The notes beneath the pieces are model-generated. The model made no database searches and had not been told where the DNA came from. It was given only the letters and a program-made list of their open reading frames with translations. Made by a program: the position numbers and the translations under genes. Source: Botryllus schlosseri (lineage: Eukaryota). From it: DNA of 64,000 bases. Below, in pieces: positions 24,322 through 37,517 of the stretch. The stretch's first letter is position 1, and every line of letters starts with the position of its first letter. The stretch covers positions 35,156,001 to 35,220,000 of the forward strand of contig CM119372.1 of the NCBI GenBank assembly GCA_051294905.1, read 5' to 3'.

Positions 24322-27300
24322 ATGAATACCATGAATCTAACTCTGGCCGGAACTGTGGATTATCAAGTTCCTTTTTGGTTGCGAATCGTTATCATCATCT
24401 ATATATCTCTAGTCACGTCTTCGGGAATTGTGATGAATGGGATTGTTATAACTGCCTTTTGGCAAAACAAGGTTAGTTCTGGTAGCACAGCGTTTAATCA
24501 AATTCATGGATTGAAATCTCTATCTTTACTGCATATCATGGGCGTGTACTTCGGTATTATTAAGTTCATTTAGATTTTACGTTGTGCTAGTTTGATCAGA
24601 TATGTGTAAGGCGTTGCATATTAATGCTTTTGCAGAATTAATATCCCGCATTCCAGTATTCCCTGCTCCGATAGGATTCCCGCATTAACCTGGTTATAAA
24701 GGCTGCAGAAATTACGCGGGTTATTGAGCTGTTCATCTGGTCGGCTAAATATCCTCTAGGCTTATGGCAACACTTACTGATCGGAGGTATTAGTTTTAAG
24801 TTCTGATCGGCTACTTGTTCTTGGGATTCGAAGATTTGCAGATAAAGACTGACTTTACTACTGTCCTCACCTATAACATAATATTATGACGAATGAAGTA
24901 CTCGATTTTGATTGATTTAGAAACTACGAACGCCGGTGAACTATTTGATTTTGAATCTATGCGTGTCCAACCTTCTCAGCGCTACCGCCAGCGCATCTTT
25001 AATCATACCAATAAATACGATTGGGAAGCAGTTTTTTGGCAACGAGGGCTGCATGATGTACGTTCTCGTCTGTGGAATATTCGGTACGTATCCTCAGGTG
25101 GCTATACTTTTCAATTCACACTGGTTCACTGGCGACTAGGGCTTGGGCGCTATAGGGTTGTTCAAATATATCTTTTTTTCAGGATTCCGAGGATTCACTG
25201 ATTACATTGTTGGTTGCATAAAAAAGTGCTTCACCTTCACACCACATTTGGCTCAATTCCGACCAGTAAAAGCCGAAGCAGATCCAATTTTAGATTTTGA
25301 GTTATCTACGAAAACGACGCAAAACAAATTTGACGGAATTCCAACCACTAGAAGCGAAGTTATTCGAGTTTTTTTATTAATTATTAAATTTATTGATCAA
25401 AGCTATTATTGCAAGTCCAAAACTTTCAGCCGCAATAACTGCGGTTCTACAGGTTGGAATTTGACAGAAATTGTGCTGCGTCGTTATTTTAGGAAGCTCA
25501 ACAATTTCTTGGGGTTGACAGTAAAATTTGGAGAATAAAATTCTTCGCGAAAATGACTTGACGTGACGTGACATTATTCCGGATTTGAATTTGATTTGAT
25601 TGACTAGCTAGAGAGTAAAAGCAAATTTTTCGAGTCAAGTCCAAATTATCCTGTAATTGGTGTGGCTGCACCTGTACGTACATGATCAAGACACAATGAT
25701 ATGTCATGGGTGAGCACTGAGCAAGCAGTCATGTAACGATTGCAAAGTCTTCTATTACTGAGCCTGAGTCGATATGTCATATCGATATGCATGAGTTTAG
25801 CTTTAGATCGACTGGAAAATGAGGGAATCTCATTCTCCTGCCAGCTAATTTGATTGAAACATGCCAATGGCGTTCATTACAGGCACAAGTAATTCAACTT
25901 CATTCCACTTAATTTAAAGTTGAGTGACGGCTCATTTCAGTGAGGTTAGGTATGGTGGTCAATCTGGTCATTTTAGTGAAGAATATTCCAAGTTATTGTT
26001 AGTGTTACCGCCGTTAGGGTTAGAGGTCAAACTTCTTGATTCAAATGTAATGTGACAATTTATCATCCGAAACAACTATGTTTCCTTAAGCCAAACGATT
26101 AAAACGGTGCTTTTCAAGTGCTACTAAAAGTTGTTCTATCATTCAAGCGATTTGTCATTCAAACTATTAATGCAGACATCCCAGTGTGTCACACAACACA
26201 CTTTTATCGTACTCAAATGATTTTTCGTTCATTGTTTTACTCCCTCGTGCCACATTCATCTCAATCAAATGAGATTTCGCTCAGTTTATAGGAACTCTCA
26301 GCTTCGTCATATTAGGTTCTATACGGGTACTTGATAATGTTGTAGCCTGCTTGCTCGAACGTATATAATTACAATAACACATCCGTCAAGTTGATATGTG
26401 ATGATTGCAAGGACAGACAACATCCGATTAACAGGAGTCTTTACGTTTCATCGATAGATTAGTTTCCGTTTGGAAAGTGATTTGCATGTATGAAGTTATC
26501 GCAGATACACCAACTCCAACTATATTAGTTTCAACGTATAGGAATAGGAACTAACTCGCTGATTTTCGTTAAGGTGTGACAAATTTATGTACGATTGTGG
26601 TTCTCTCTATCGCGCATTTCATCGTGATATGCAAGTCCAAGCGTTTCACTCTGTGTCGCCGTCATGTTATCGCAGGTTAGCGTTGAACAAGTATTGTGTT
26701 ATTTTCTGGCTAATATGTATTTCAAAAACAGAACGGGATTCGCCCAGACTTGAGTTGAGCAACTTCGCTAGTATTAGGAAAAATGACATAAGCCTGTTGA
26801 CTAGCATTCGCCTATGTTTCAACTGAAATCATTTTCCTTATTGGTAGTTGTATAAGAGGTACATATTTGAATTTACTAAGTGAATAGGTTATGATGATAA
26901 TTCTTCTTATGTATTTCAAGGAATCGTATTCGTCTGGATATGGTCGTCTCTGTGGAACGGGGTGCTCGTTGGTAGCGGGGGCTATGGTACAGACACCATC
27001 CAATCTGTTTGCGGGATAGTGTGGAATTCGGTCGATGAGAATATAGTCCAATATACCTTGTATATGACGTGTTGCTTCGTATTGCCACTGTCCATTCTCA
27101 CGTACTGTTACGGATCCATTATATACGAAATCCGACAGGTAATACTGTAACAGGTAACAAGTAGGCTATCTCAGCAACTGTCTTTCCACTGCATACACAA
27201 GTTGGAAATAATAGATCTACGTCCAATGTTAACGAATTTTACACAGTTACAAAACTTAAGGTGAAATTTCATCTCCTCTGCCGAACTGACATTGAAGTAT

Positions 27301-30300
27301 TGACCTTGTGCATTTTACAAAAAACATTAGGCAATAATTACTTATTAACCAACATTGAAAGGTGAATAGATATGTTATAGAAGCACAACATTATGTACAG
27401 GAAGCTAAGCTATCGATATATTTCACTAAATGAGAATCCAGATCAAACGGGACATACGTAAAATGTATTTATAGCTGACGGTACAACTTGCAAGCTGTGA
27501 GAGTATAATAAGCTCCGTGGCACACTGATCTCGCGCTTGATGCGTTCAAATCCGACAGTGTCTCAATCGAACCGATGGATAAGGTAACGTAGCCTGGACA
27601 CTGGACAGTGACGACAATCTGTTTCACAACGTACAAAGGTATCTCGTTTCTCGTCGACATCAAGAGCTGCCCTGCCAGAAGCTGCGAAAATGGTTTTTGT
27701 AATCATGGTCGCGTTTTTGATTTGCTGGTGCCCGTACGGCTGCGTCGCCCTGCTAAGAATGATCAGACCATCTCACAAGGTCAGCGCTATCAGACGTGAT
27801 CTAACTTCTGTACGGAGATCGCATGTTTGTTGAATTACAGATTCCTATTTTCGTGGAAAGTGCCCTGTCATTTTTCGCGAAATCGTCTTACGTTACGAGC
27901 CCGATCATCTACGTGGCCATGAATAGTCAGGTACGAATAACAGGAATATATAATTGAGATTGAGTTTGTCGTTGAGTTGAACACACCTTTGCTGACGTGG
28001 ATGACTGACGATCGATATATTTTAAAACTCGTTAATGAAAGTGGAGTCTACGTTAAAAGATGTAAAAACAAAATAATCATCTAAATCACATTTCTGACTA
28101 GAAGGTCAAAGAATTTATCCTCAATAGTTAAGGTCACTCTCTTTGCCATTATATAGTCACTTTATAGCAGTCTCGTCCGTGCATAGGATATTAGCGCTAG
28201 CGAGACCACAATATATTGTTATTGTGTGATAGATCATTAGATCTCCTGTGAATATATTACATCCGTTTACATCTGTTATTACATCTGTTTATTCGTGGAT
28301 GCCCTAATTTCTCTACCGCATTTCTGTAGTGCGTTCGTTGATGTTGTTTTCCAAATCTGAAATCTCGAGGTTGAAAATTGAACAGTATTTCTTCACCTTA
28401 TAATCATGCCCCACTGTCGGCTTTTTAATTTTTCATTGTGCTGCCCTGTTTTCAATGCTCTGTTCTATAAGTCGTCTTGGGGATATGTAAAAAGTATTTG
28501 AACAGCAATGGACCTGCGTGAACATAGGGAAAATAGGAACGGCAGAAGTTGGAGTTTTGTTTCTGCGATAAATTGATAGGTACAAACATAAGTACAACAT
28601 TTTATTAATCGAGTGTTGACCTCGGATTATTGTTTATTCGAATATCTAATGCTGTTGTGTCAACTGTGGGTCGGAACGTGTTATTACCGAATCCAAGCGC
28701 CAGCACATCAGAGATGATGAGCTAAAACAGGTGTGTTAATTATTCGGTGGGCTTCGATCTAGTTTTGCATGTCACCTACCGAACCGCTGATTAAAATTAA
28801 GCTCAAGACATATCTCAGACCTAAATACGATATATTCGCTATGAGTCTGTGTTGGACTTCGACCAAAATATAGTAAACTTGATGTAAGGATCGGCAAAGT
28901 TAATGTTTAGTAAGGATTCACAGTCGCAAGCGTTCTTACAAACTACCGAAATAGCCAAGCGATATTCCTTAAATGACACTGAGTTCCACCGTAGTGTCCT
29001 ATCGCTCAGGGGGAAGTCAGTAGCGACACAAAGCACATGCGTATTGCCTATTGTTACCATGACGATTTAGCATTCTCACTCTCACCGATCCGCTGCTTGC
29101 TCCTGCCACATTCTCCTGAGGTGCTGCATCGTTCCCCCAGACGGCATTACCACGTCGTTACGAAAAACTTTTTCATGATGCAACATTTGGGACTGATTTC
29201 AAAGGGTTCCAGGGCCACGAGCAGAGTAAAATGTCTATGTTACCAATGAGTATACCGCGGTAGCTTTCGATTGACAACCGCTTTATTAAATTTTGCTATC
29301 GTTAAGCCAGTCTAAATATCTCCGAAATTGCCTTTGGTCAAATGGAGCGAATGACGTAGCCCAAACCCAGTGAGCCGTTAGACTTGGTCGTATCCACACC
29401 ACTGTAAGATACTGTCAGAGCCGTAACTGCCGCATCTCAAACCTCCAATTGGGCGCGGGCTCGAAGGGGGCACTAAATTATTCCGCAAATCAACATAAAT
29501 TACAAAGTACTTTGTGAAAGATTTCAAGACTTCAAAATTTTTTACTTTTAATATTGGTACTGGCAGTGCCCCAAGGAAAAAATTGCGCATGATTTTTACA
29601 ATGAATTGGCAATGCAGCCCCACCATTAAGTCTCCACGACGCACCAAGACTTCTGGAGTCTCGGCCCACATGCGACTTCGCGAAGTGTGCCTAACAAAAC
29701 CTCGGCCTAAAATGACATCCGCACGTTGGCCATGAGAACAATCAACATATATAATCTATTATAGCCTAGTGCTAATTGTCCGGATGCAAGGAATAGTTTT
29801 GCGCTTGATATCGGAAATAACCGCCTCAAAGACCTCTACTATTAAATCTGATCACAAAAACTGGGAGACGATGAAAAATTATTTGCAACATATGCAATCA
29901 CTTATAGAGAAAATCGGATCCGTACTTTGAAATGTTTTCGCGCGTGGCGTGACTACGCCCACGCATAGATATGTGCACTGAGACAGAAAAACGTACTTTT
30001 CTGTTAGTGGTAAAGAAGGAGTGTGTAAGGCACCCCCACCCCCAGAAGTTTGGCGTATGATCATATGGGGCTTGGGGTCCACGACAAACGTTTGGGGGCT
30101 GACGAAGTACCTGGACAATGCATCCTGATCGAGGTCATCGCAATGAGCGAACCAGCTCTCGATACCAGAATGAGAATAGCTAATAAGTAGCTGCTAATTC
30201 ATATGTACGTTGTGAGTTGGGTTATCCCCATCGTATATGCCTGATTAGTATTGTTGACATCGGTACAATGGGAATCTCTGATAACAGAATCTCTAGACCA

Positions 30301-31890
30301 GTGGTTCTCAACCTTTTTGGATTCGCGGACCCCTTTTGACCGTCACGGCCCCTCGCGGACCCCCTCTAGTTTTAGTTCAATTTGAGCTCTATTATGGTGC
30401 AACCTTCATCTGTCTTGTGCAAATATGAACTGTAGGCTTGTGACAAACAGCAAAATACTGATTTTTCCTGAAGATAACATCATACAATTTATCTAGAAAT
30501 TGGTGGACTTTTATTATCTCAAAGCTAATTTTGCTGCTGTATTTCTTGAAGTAGGCTACGTGGTCGTGTCTTGATAATCCGCGTCTTCGTTTTGATATGA
30601 ACGAGGAGTGCCGAAAACCATTTCCGCAAAGATAGATGGAGGCTAATGCAATATTAACGCATAACGCTTCCGACGATACTTTTGGTGCGATCGCAACATT
30701 TATGGCACCAAAATGAAGAAACACATATTTTATAAACATATCACGTCCAGCATCTAGCGCAGGGATGGGCAACATACGGACCGCGGGCCGGATTCAGCCC
30801 GCGACGGCATTTTGATCGGCCCGCAGAGAGTTTCTACCGTCAAAGTGAAATCCTAATCTAAAAGTATTATAGAGAAATTTTATGCTCCAAAGAATGGATC
30901 CAAGTTTTCCTACCAGAGAAAGACTGTCATGAAACGACTTGTTCTGTACACGAGCAAACATTTTCGACCATGAACAATTGAACATTAACAAGACAAGGCT
31001 GCATACCAATAAAACTGGTGATATGAATTTCAGGGTTGGAGCGTAATGCTTTGGTAGCAACGAAACACTCCTTGTTCATCAAAACATCACCCTTGTCGAT
31101 AGGACATCATCAATAAGAATGAGCCAAATCTGATAGCCGAGCTTTAAGAGCAGGTATATGATAATCCGATTTATGACGAGTGACTGCCGAAAATATTCGG
31201 GTACATTTCAATATGAATATACTATGCAATTGTATATTAAAGTTCTGTACCTCCAAGAAGCAGTTTCCTGCATTGGGATAAATTATGGAAATACTTCAGA
31301 ATTTTTTATTTCAAACGACTGTTCACTAATTTGATGAGACTGACAACTTCAAATCGAGAAGATTTCGCAAACATTACGAAGTCACCCTGATTGACGTTGC
31401 TATCTCCATGTTTTTATTTTTTCCACAAACCCCAACAAAACGTCTCTAAACAGCAATATGTTTGTATCAGCAGGTTATTGGAAAATTGGCAATGAAAATG
31501 AGTTTCCACACTACGATAGTCCATGTCAGACGATTATTATGATGATATGAGTCATGAGGTTTTAGCAGTTGTGGTGCGAAACTGCCTCATGCTTTCTCAA
31601 ATTGAAAAATAAAATAAAAATTAGGTTATCAACCATTTTAAAAAATTAGAGGTCTTGCGGACCCCCTGAAATTGCTTCGCGGACCACCGGTTGAGAACCG
31701 CTGCTCTAGACATCAAACTGACAAACTGAATGCAACTTTTATACACTGGCTGCATAACTGCATTTTGCAGATGAAACAAAGCGTATTGAAGGTATTTCGA
31801 CTGCCCTCATCGAGGCGGAATCGATCGTCAATTTCAACGAAAGCAACGCATCTCACAGTCGAAAAATGTGGGGACGGCATTCGTACCTAA
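24322..31890 (+). CDS. Ciliary-type opsin, paralog 1, 7 exons, 327 aa predicted
   Basis: Exons 24322-24471, 24921-25083, 26574-26675, 26921-27138, 27639-27779, 27841-27930, 31771-31890; all GT-AG and phase-consistent (984 nt). Motifs KLRTPVNYLILNL, C110/C187, CFVLPL..YCY, FLICWCPYG, FFAKSS (Lys296), SPIIYVAMNSQ. Introns at G121 (phase 1), ~232 and Q312 match conserved c-opsin positions. The last exon (MKQSVLKVFRL...) is the least certain. Confidence 0.9.
30299..31703. mobile_element. hAT (Charlie/Buster-type) non-autonomous element in opsin-1 last intron
   Basis: CAGTGGTTCTCAACC...GGTTGAGAACCGCTG; perfect TSD CTCTAGAC; a second hAT-like end (CAGGGATGGGCAAC) lies inside at ~30759. Confidence 0.88.
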
Positions 31891-32182
31891 CCAGACAAGG
31901 AAGATGATTAACGATTTCCGGGTTTCGAAAAGAAGAAATTTGGATGCTATCTAAAGGGACTATTTTTAAATGGGCGCCAAGTACGAGCACCATTTGGATG
32001 TGGTCACCATACCGGCCGAATCGTCCGACAATCGTATATCGTGCATTTATGTATGAAGGAGGCAGAATAGCATTCTCCGATAATCGTGTATACGCATCTT
32101 GAGAATTCGGAAGTTGTAAACTTTGGTTATGGTGCGCCACATACCGATCCGGAAATATAACCAATTACCTGAATATCTAAAC

Positions 32183-32479
32183 CAGCGGTTCTCAACCGTT
32201 GGTCTGCGGACCTCTAGGGGTCTGCAAAGCATTTTCAAGGAGTCCGACAAGCCTCTAAATTTGCAAAATGGTTAATACCTTAATTTGTATTTCTTTAAAT
32301 TAAGGAAATAATGGGGCAGTTTCACTTCATCGCTGCTAAAACTTGAGGACTCACATCAACAGAATGGACGTTTTGTTGGGATATGTGGTAAAATATAAAG
32401 GTCACAGTCGTGCAGGTCAATCAGAGTGACTTCGAAACGTTTGCAAAACCCAAAAAGACAAAAAGGTTGAGAACCACTG
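32183..32479. mobile_element. hAT MITE
   Basis: CAGCGGTTCTCAACC...GGTTGAGAACCACTG; TSD ATCTAAAC/ATCCAAAC. Confidence 0.8.
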
Positions 32480-32623
32480 ATCCAAACGCTTACATCCATT
32501 AAGAAAAATGGGAATATTGCTGCTTCTATTTCTCTTTGTTAGCATCAACAGCAGTTTCAACATATATTTTTGAAGCGAAAATCTGCAAATGGAAACGGAA
32601 AATCCTTTACTGTGTGTGTACAC

Positions 32624-33285
32624 TAGGGCTCTTCAAAAATGACTTTTTTTCTCAAATCGCACTGGCTACTTGATAAAATTGTTAGGTTACCTAATTTAAG
32701 GCTACACACAAAATTTGGTTCAATTCCAGCCAGTAACCACTTTGCTACAGTAGAAGAAAGTTTCTATTTATTATATAAAAATAAATGATAAAAGATTTGA
32801 AGATTTTCTGTTCACCCCATGAAAGTGTTAGGCTGTCTATAGAAACGATGCTCACCAAATTTGGTTCAATTCCAATCAGTGAAGCGGAATTATTGCCGCC
32901 GAAAAATTTGGATTTGAATAAAATAGTATTTACGGTGAGCACAACTATAATAAATAAACAAAGATTCGGTCACCGTAAATACTATTTTTTCCAAATCCAA
33001 ATTTTTCGACGGCAATAACTCCGCTTCCACAGGTTGGAATTGAACTAAATTTGGTGAGCGTCGTTTCTATACACAGCGTAACACTTTTATGGAGTGAACA
33101 GAAAATTTCCAAATTTTTTATTATTCATTTTTATATAATAAATAGAAACTTTCTTGTCCTGTAGCAAAGCGGTTACTGGCTGGAATTGAACCAAATTTTG
33201 TGTGTAGGCCTAAATTAGGTAACCTAACAATTTTATCAAGTAGCCAGTACGATTTGAGAAAAAAAGTCATTTTTGAAGAGCCCTA
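32624..33285. mobile_element. Fold-back MITE with ~300-bp inverted arms and ~70-bp loop
   Basis: TAGGGCTCTTCAAAAATGAC...GTCATTTTTGAAGAGCCCTA; perfect TSD GTGTACAC. Confidence 0.92.
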
Positions 33286-33562
33286 GTGTACACGTTTTGA
33301 GATGAACAATGTTTAATTAGCAGCACATCTATGAATGTGGCGCTTGTTAATGCCAGAAACGTTTCTTCGCCCGCGTATCGACGTTATTCCGGATCTAAAG
33401 TGCGTTTTATGTAATATATATTACCTCTTTACACAGTGATCGGAACTCCGTGTGTTTTGTCTAACATTTTCTTCTATAAATGCGGGTAGCTGTGTTCAAA
33501 TGTATCGCAAGTGGTAAAAGTGATAACGTGATATTATTTTATCGCAAGCTTTGCCTCTACTA

Positions 33563-35291
33563 CAGAGGTGGCCAACCTGCGGTCGTAGAAGGAAATTTGT
33601 GCGGCCGTGGACACGTTATTCAATTTGTATGTGTTGGCGGCCATCGACACGCAATTTTAGTTTACGAATAGACTCCCGATTTCTTGAGAGATTTTAACTG
33701 ATCTAGAAATTTTTTTCGCGCCTGGCGCGATTCAATGCGACTTCATTTTTTGATTTTGATATATGGTAGCGCTATTTCCAATCATCAGCACAGATTTCAA
33801 TTTCCAATCATCAGCACAGATTCGAACAGCAGAAGAAAATGCTGCGCCCCATTTTGAAATACAAACTCGCAATCGTGTGCTCCTCACTATACCGAAAATC
33901 CTGATGGGAGGTCAAGAAATAACGGCATGCAACAAAGTGACCAATAACAATTTATAACTTGCCTTAAATTTTAGAAAACACCTCCCTCCATCAACTTTAC
34001 CAGTGATACCAGTGAATCTGATCACATGGGCTAAGGAAGGATAAATTTTTGATAGCAATCAGTGTTAGGATCAAGTCACTACCTTCGAGTCACGAGTCAT
34101 TGGACATTTTGACTCGAGTCAAGTCAAGTCAATAAATTTTCGAAGGTGACTCGAGTCAAGTCAAGACTCGCGAATTTTGGAGATGACTCGAGTCAAGTCG
34201 ACTCAAGTCAAGTCAACTCACGAGTCAAGTCACAATCCAAGTCAAGTTGCCTTTTGGAAGTATGAGGCATGATTAGCCTACGTCATTGCATTTTGATACG
34301 TGTCTGAAATACAGATTGAGTGGTCATTGATATTTCGAGCCAATGAACGAATATAGAGTAAAATATACACGAAAGAAGGCGCTGTATCGCTCACATATAC
34401 GCATAATTGCTAACCTACGTGAGTAATTGCATAGCCTCAGTTTAAAGTTACCAGTCAATCTAGAGAATAGAGAAACTTATTGATAAGATGCAATACATTT
34501 TCCATTTACAAATAGATATGATACAATTCGAGCCTGTGCCAATGGTTGAGGACTGTAATAAATAATATTCGAATTCAATTTCAATAAAATAATAGGTTTG
34601 GTTAAGGTAAGAACAGAGTACCGAAATAGACATTTTCCTATTGAATTACTTTACTATACTAGTTTACGACAACGTAAGCTGTAAGCTTCGATAAGTTCGT
34701 TTACGGTCAATTTATTCGTGAGAGAACAATGGAGGCTGACTAAAACGCACGATCATTGAGTGATTGGTCGCTCTCACGGATTGCACCAGGGTTTCGCGAA
34801 CAATCCGAACATAAGCAAGAAACAGTGATTTTTATAGACACGGATTACTTGATGACTTGAAATTGACTCGTGAATTTTGCTCCGAGTCACGAGTCAATCC
34901 ACATTTCTTATACGCCGAGTCAAGTCAAGTCAAGTCATTTTAGCAAAGTGACTCGAGTCAAGTCAAGTCATACGAAAAAGGTGACTCGAGTCATCCCAAC
35001 ACTGATAGTAATATATAAAACTACCAATAATAATGACGAAATTCATTTGTGAAACTGAAAAATATTTCGCGCTTCTCGCAATTGTGACCAGTATGCTACA
35101 TGACCACGCAGTCGCCACTCTCGATTTGTTTCGTATAGTAAGCCTGTATGATTAAATAGCTTAGTTCAGAGTTCCCCGGAAATGGCCACAGACATATAGC
35201 TAGTTCATGACGACTATCTCCTGGATTGCGGCCGTAGGCTACATCAGTAGACAAAATGCAGCCGTGAATCGCAAAAAAGTCGGCACCCCTG
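33563..35291. mobile_element. Old hAT MITE hosting a nested insertion
   Basis: CAGAGGTGGCCAACC...GTCGGCACCCCTG; TSD degraded. Confidence 0.55.
34060..35004. mobile_element. hAT MITE with GACTCGAGTCAAGTC subterminal arrays
   Basis: CAGTGTTAGGAT...ATCCCAACACTG; TSD ATAGCAAT/ATAGTAAT. Confidence 0.82.
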
Positions 35292-37517
35292 GTCTATTCG
35301 AAAGCATGTGGACTGATGAAGCAATTCATTATCGCTAAAATTTATTTTGGCATGTAAATGTTAACTCGTCGTTTTATGTGGAGCGCTTTGACGGTACAAG
35401 TATTTACAGCCCGCCTGGGTTCGTAGTAGTTATGCAAATTGTCGTTCAATTATACGCCAGACCCATGAACAATATATAATTCTATGACATTCCCACAGTT
35501 CGCTGGAATAATGATACAAGCAAAACTAAGCGTTTAACCACAGTCATATTTTCCCAAATAGCTCTAAAGATTTTGCAAACCCCCGGTTCAAAACTTGTTA
35601 ATTTATTCACAGCTGCTGATTGGACAATTGGACATGCATTGATGGATGTTTTATATTACTATTCATTTTCAATTGCTACCAAGATTTTGTATATAGCTCT
35701 AGCCGTTCTTTCATAACCTTGTCGGCTGGAATTTTCGGAATTAGCTCTATTTTCACGAACAGGAAGTTCAGCACCATCTTCCTATGTTTTTCTTGGTTAC
35801 CGTTAATGATTATGTTATATCACCTGAGCTCAATTACGTAGCGTCATTGCGACCATGAGGTTAAATGGGGGTACCCGCAATGATTGTTGCCCAATTTATC
35901 GTATTTGTTGCACACTTTCCATGAAGTATTTGAAAATAGAGTGAAAAATTGCTTTTGGTGTTAAGGAACGGCATTTCGTATAATATACGACGTATGTTAT
36001 TATTAATTTGCATGAATAAAAAAGAATAAATAATATACCCAATGTACTGCAACCGTTTCGTATAGGCATGCCAAGTAAGTATAGTCAAGCTATATGTAAA
36101 CATACATCTATACATCTATTCCAAGGCGAGTGAGCCTGCGACTTGCTTTATTAATTTGGCTTCAGTGACTATCTTACTCAAGTCTATAGCAAAGCAATAA
36201 CTTCGAATGTTGGGCGATTTATTTATAATAAACAGACCTGAGCTCAAGTTTATAATTTAGTCACACTACTTATAACATGGATACAATAGATGTCGGGTTA
36301 TTAAAGGTATCATCGTAATGAGTAGACAGAAATATCCGGAACCAGCGTCGTATGTATTTTACTAGTGTATCACGATACTCAAAATTATCCCGAAACCATT
36401 TTGTATAATATGAAATCTATAATGTAAAAAGGAATTTATTTTATTCAGAAACAGCAAAGTAAAGAATAATCGAAAATAGATTCCGTAACTATCAGCGACA
36501 AGAATGTTGTTTGCGGTTGCGCAAGTTTTAGTTGTTCTCTATTTGATGTTTTTAAAGGAATCAGTTTCCAATTCAACTGTCTTTTATTTCCATCTCGCTT
36601 TTCTAATCATTCTAATTGACTGATTTTGATCCTGAATATTTAATTATTACTGTTCTACTTTCCTGTTCTCTTGCCTTTATATTTTCCTCGTGGCCGTTGC
36701 ATCATTCTCCATTCCATCGAGCAACGGACGAGAAAGCACTATTGCGAATTGTTTCGACGCGGCACTGTTGTCAATTGCCAATTTACCAGGCGTCGAATCC
36801 TGTCTGCTCAGCTAAATCTGCTTCCCAGACTCAGCAAACCTTGCGTATCAGTCTTGTATTTTGCAGCGCGACTAGTAGGAATAACTCTGTAAATAAGTAG
36901 TTGCTTTCCACAATGATGCGTATCATGCATACCTATATATATTTGTAGCAGTTATCATGTTATTGCATAAACTAGCATACATATACTATTATTACTGATG
37001 TTGCCGTTTTGAAATCACACAGCAAAGAATTGTTTTCTCGGAAAGAAAATCGTTAAAAACGAATTTGCATGTTCGTCGTTGCCTATATACCGCTGTCACT
37101 AGCACCAAAGCCATTTGATAGGATGCGTGACTGTCATAATTTCTTTTTTATTTCCTCGCTACGAGACATATTACCGGACTTGGTTTTGGTGAATGATAGG
37201 GAGGGAATTGAGATTGAAAGTAATTAATGACTAATGTGCTACCAAGACATGAGACTCAGTCACAGTTTGTTACGAAAAAGTCAGTTTTAGGCACAGAAAG
37301 TGATATATGTTGCCTTATTGTTGTCGGAAACGCATATTTTATCGCGGAATAGAGTAGTATTTCAAGCCAATTATATCATCAGTTACTTTGCTATATGCCC
37401 AAAGTTTTCGGGTGTTATGTCATTTTCATTTCCTAAGAAAAACCCTAAAATACAATAATTCACTAAAGATATACCAGATTCGTTATGAACGGGCGATGTA
37501 TCGGTTTTGTTAATCAT

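Noticed and set aside
28984..29070. Alternative last exon of opsin 1 (FHRSVLSL...)
   Set aside because: Weak GAG acceptor without a pyrimidine tract; 31771 has TTTTGCAG and an S/T-rich tail. Needs RNA-seq to settle.
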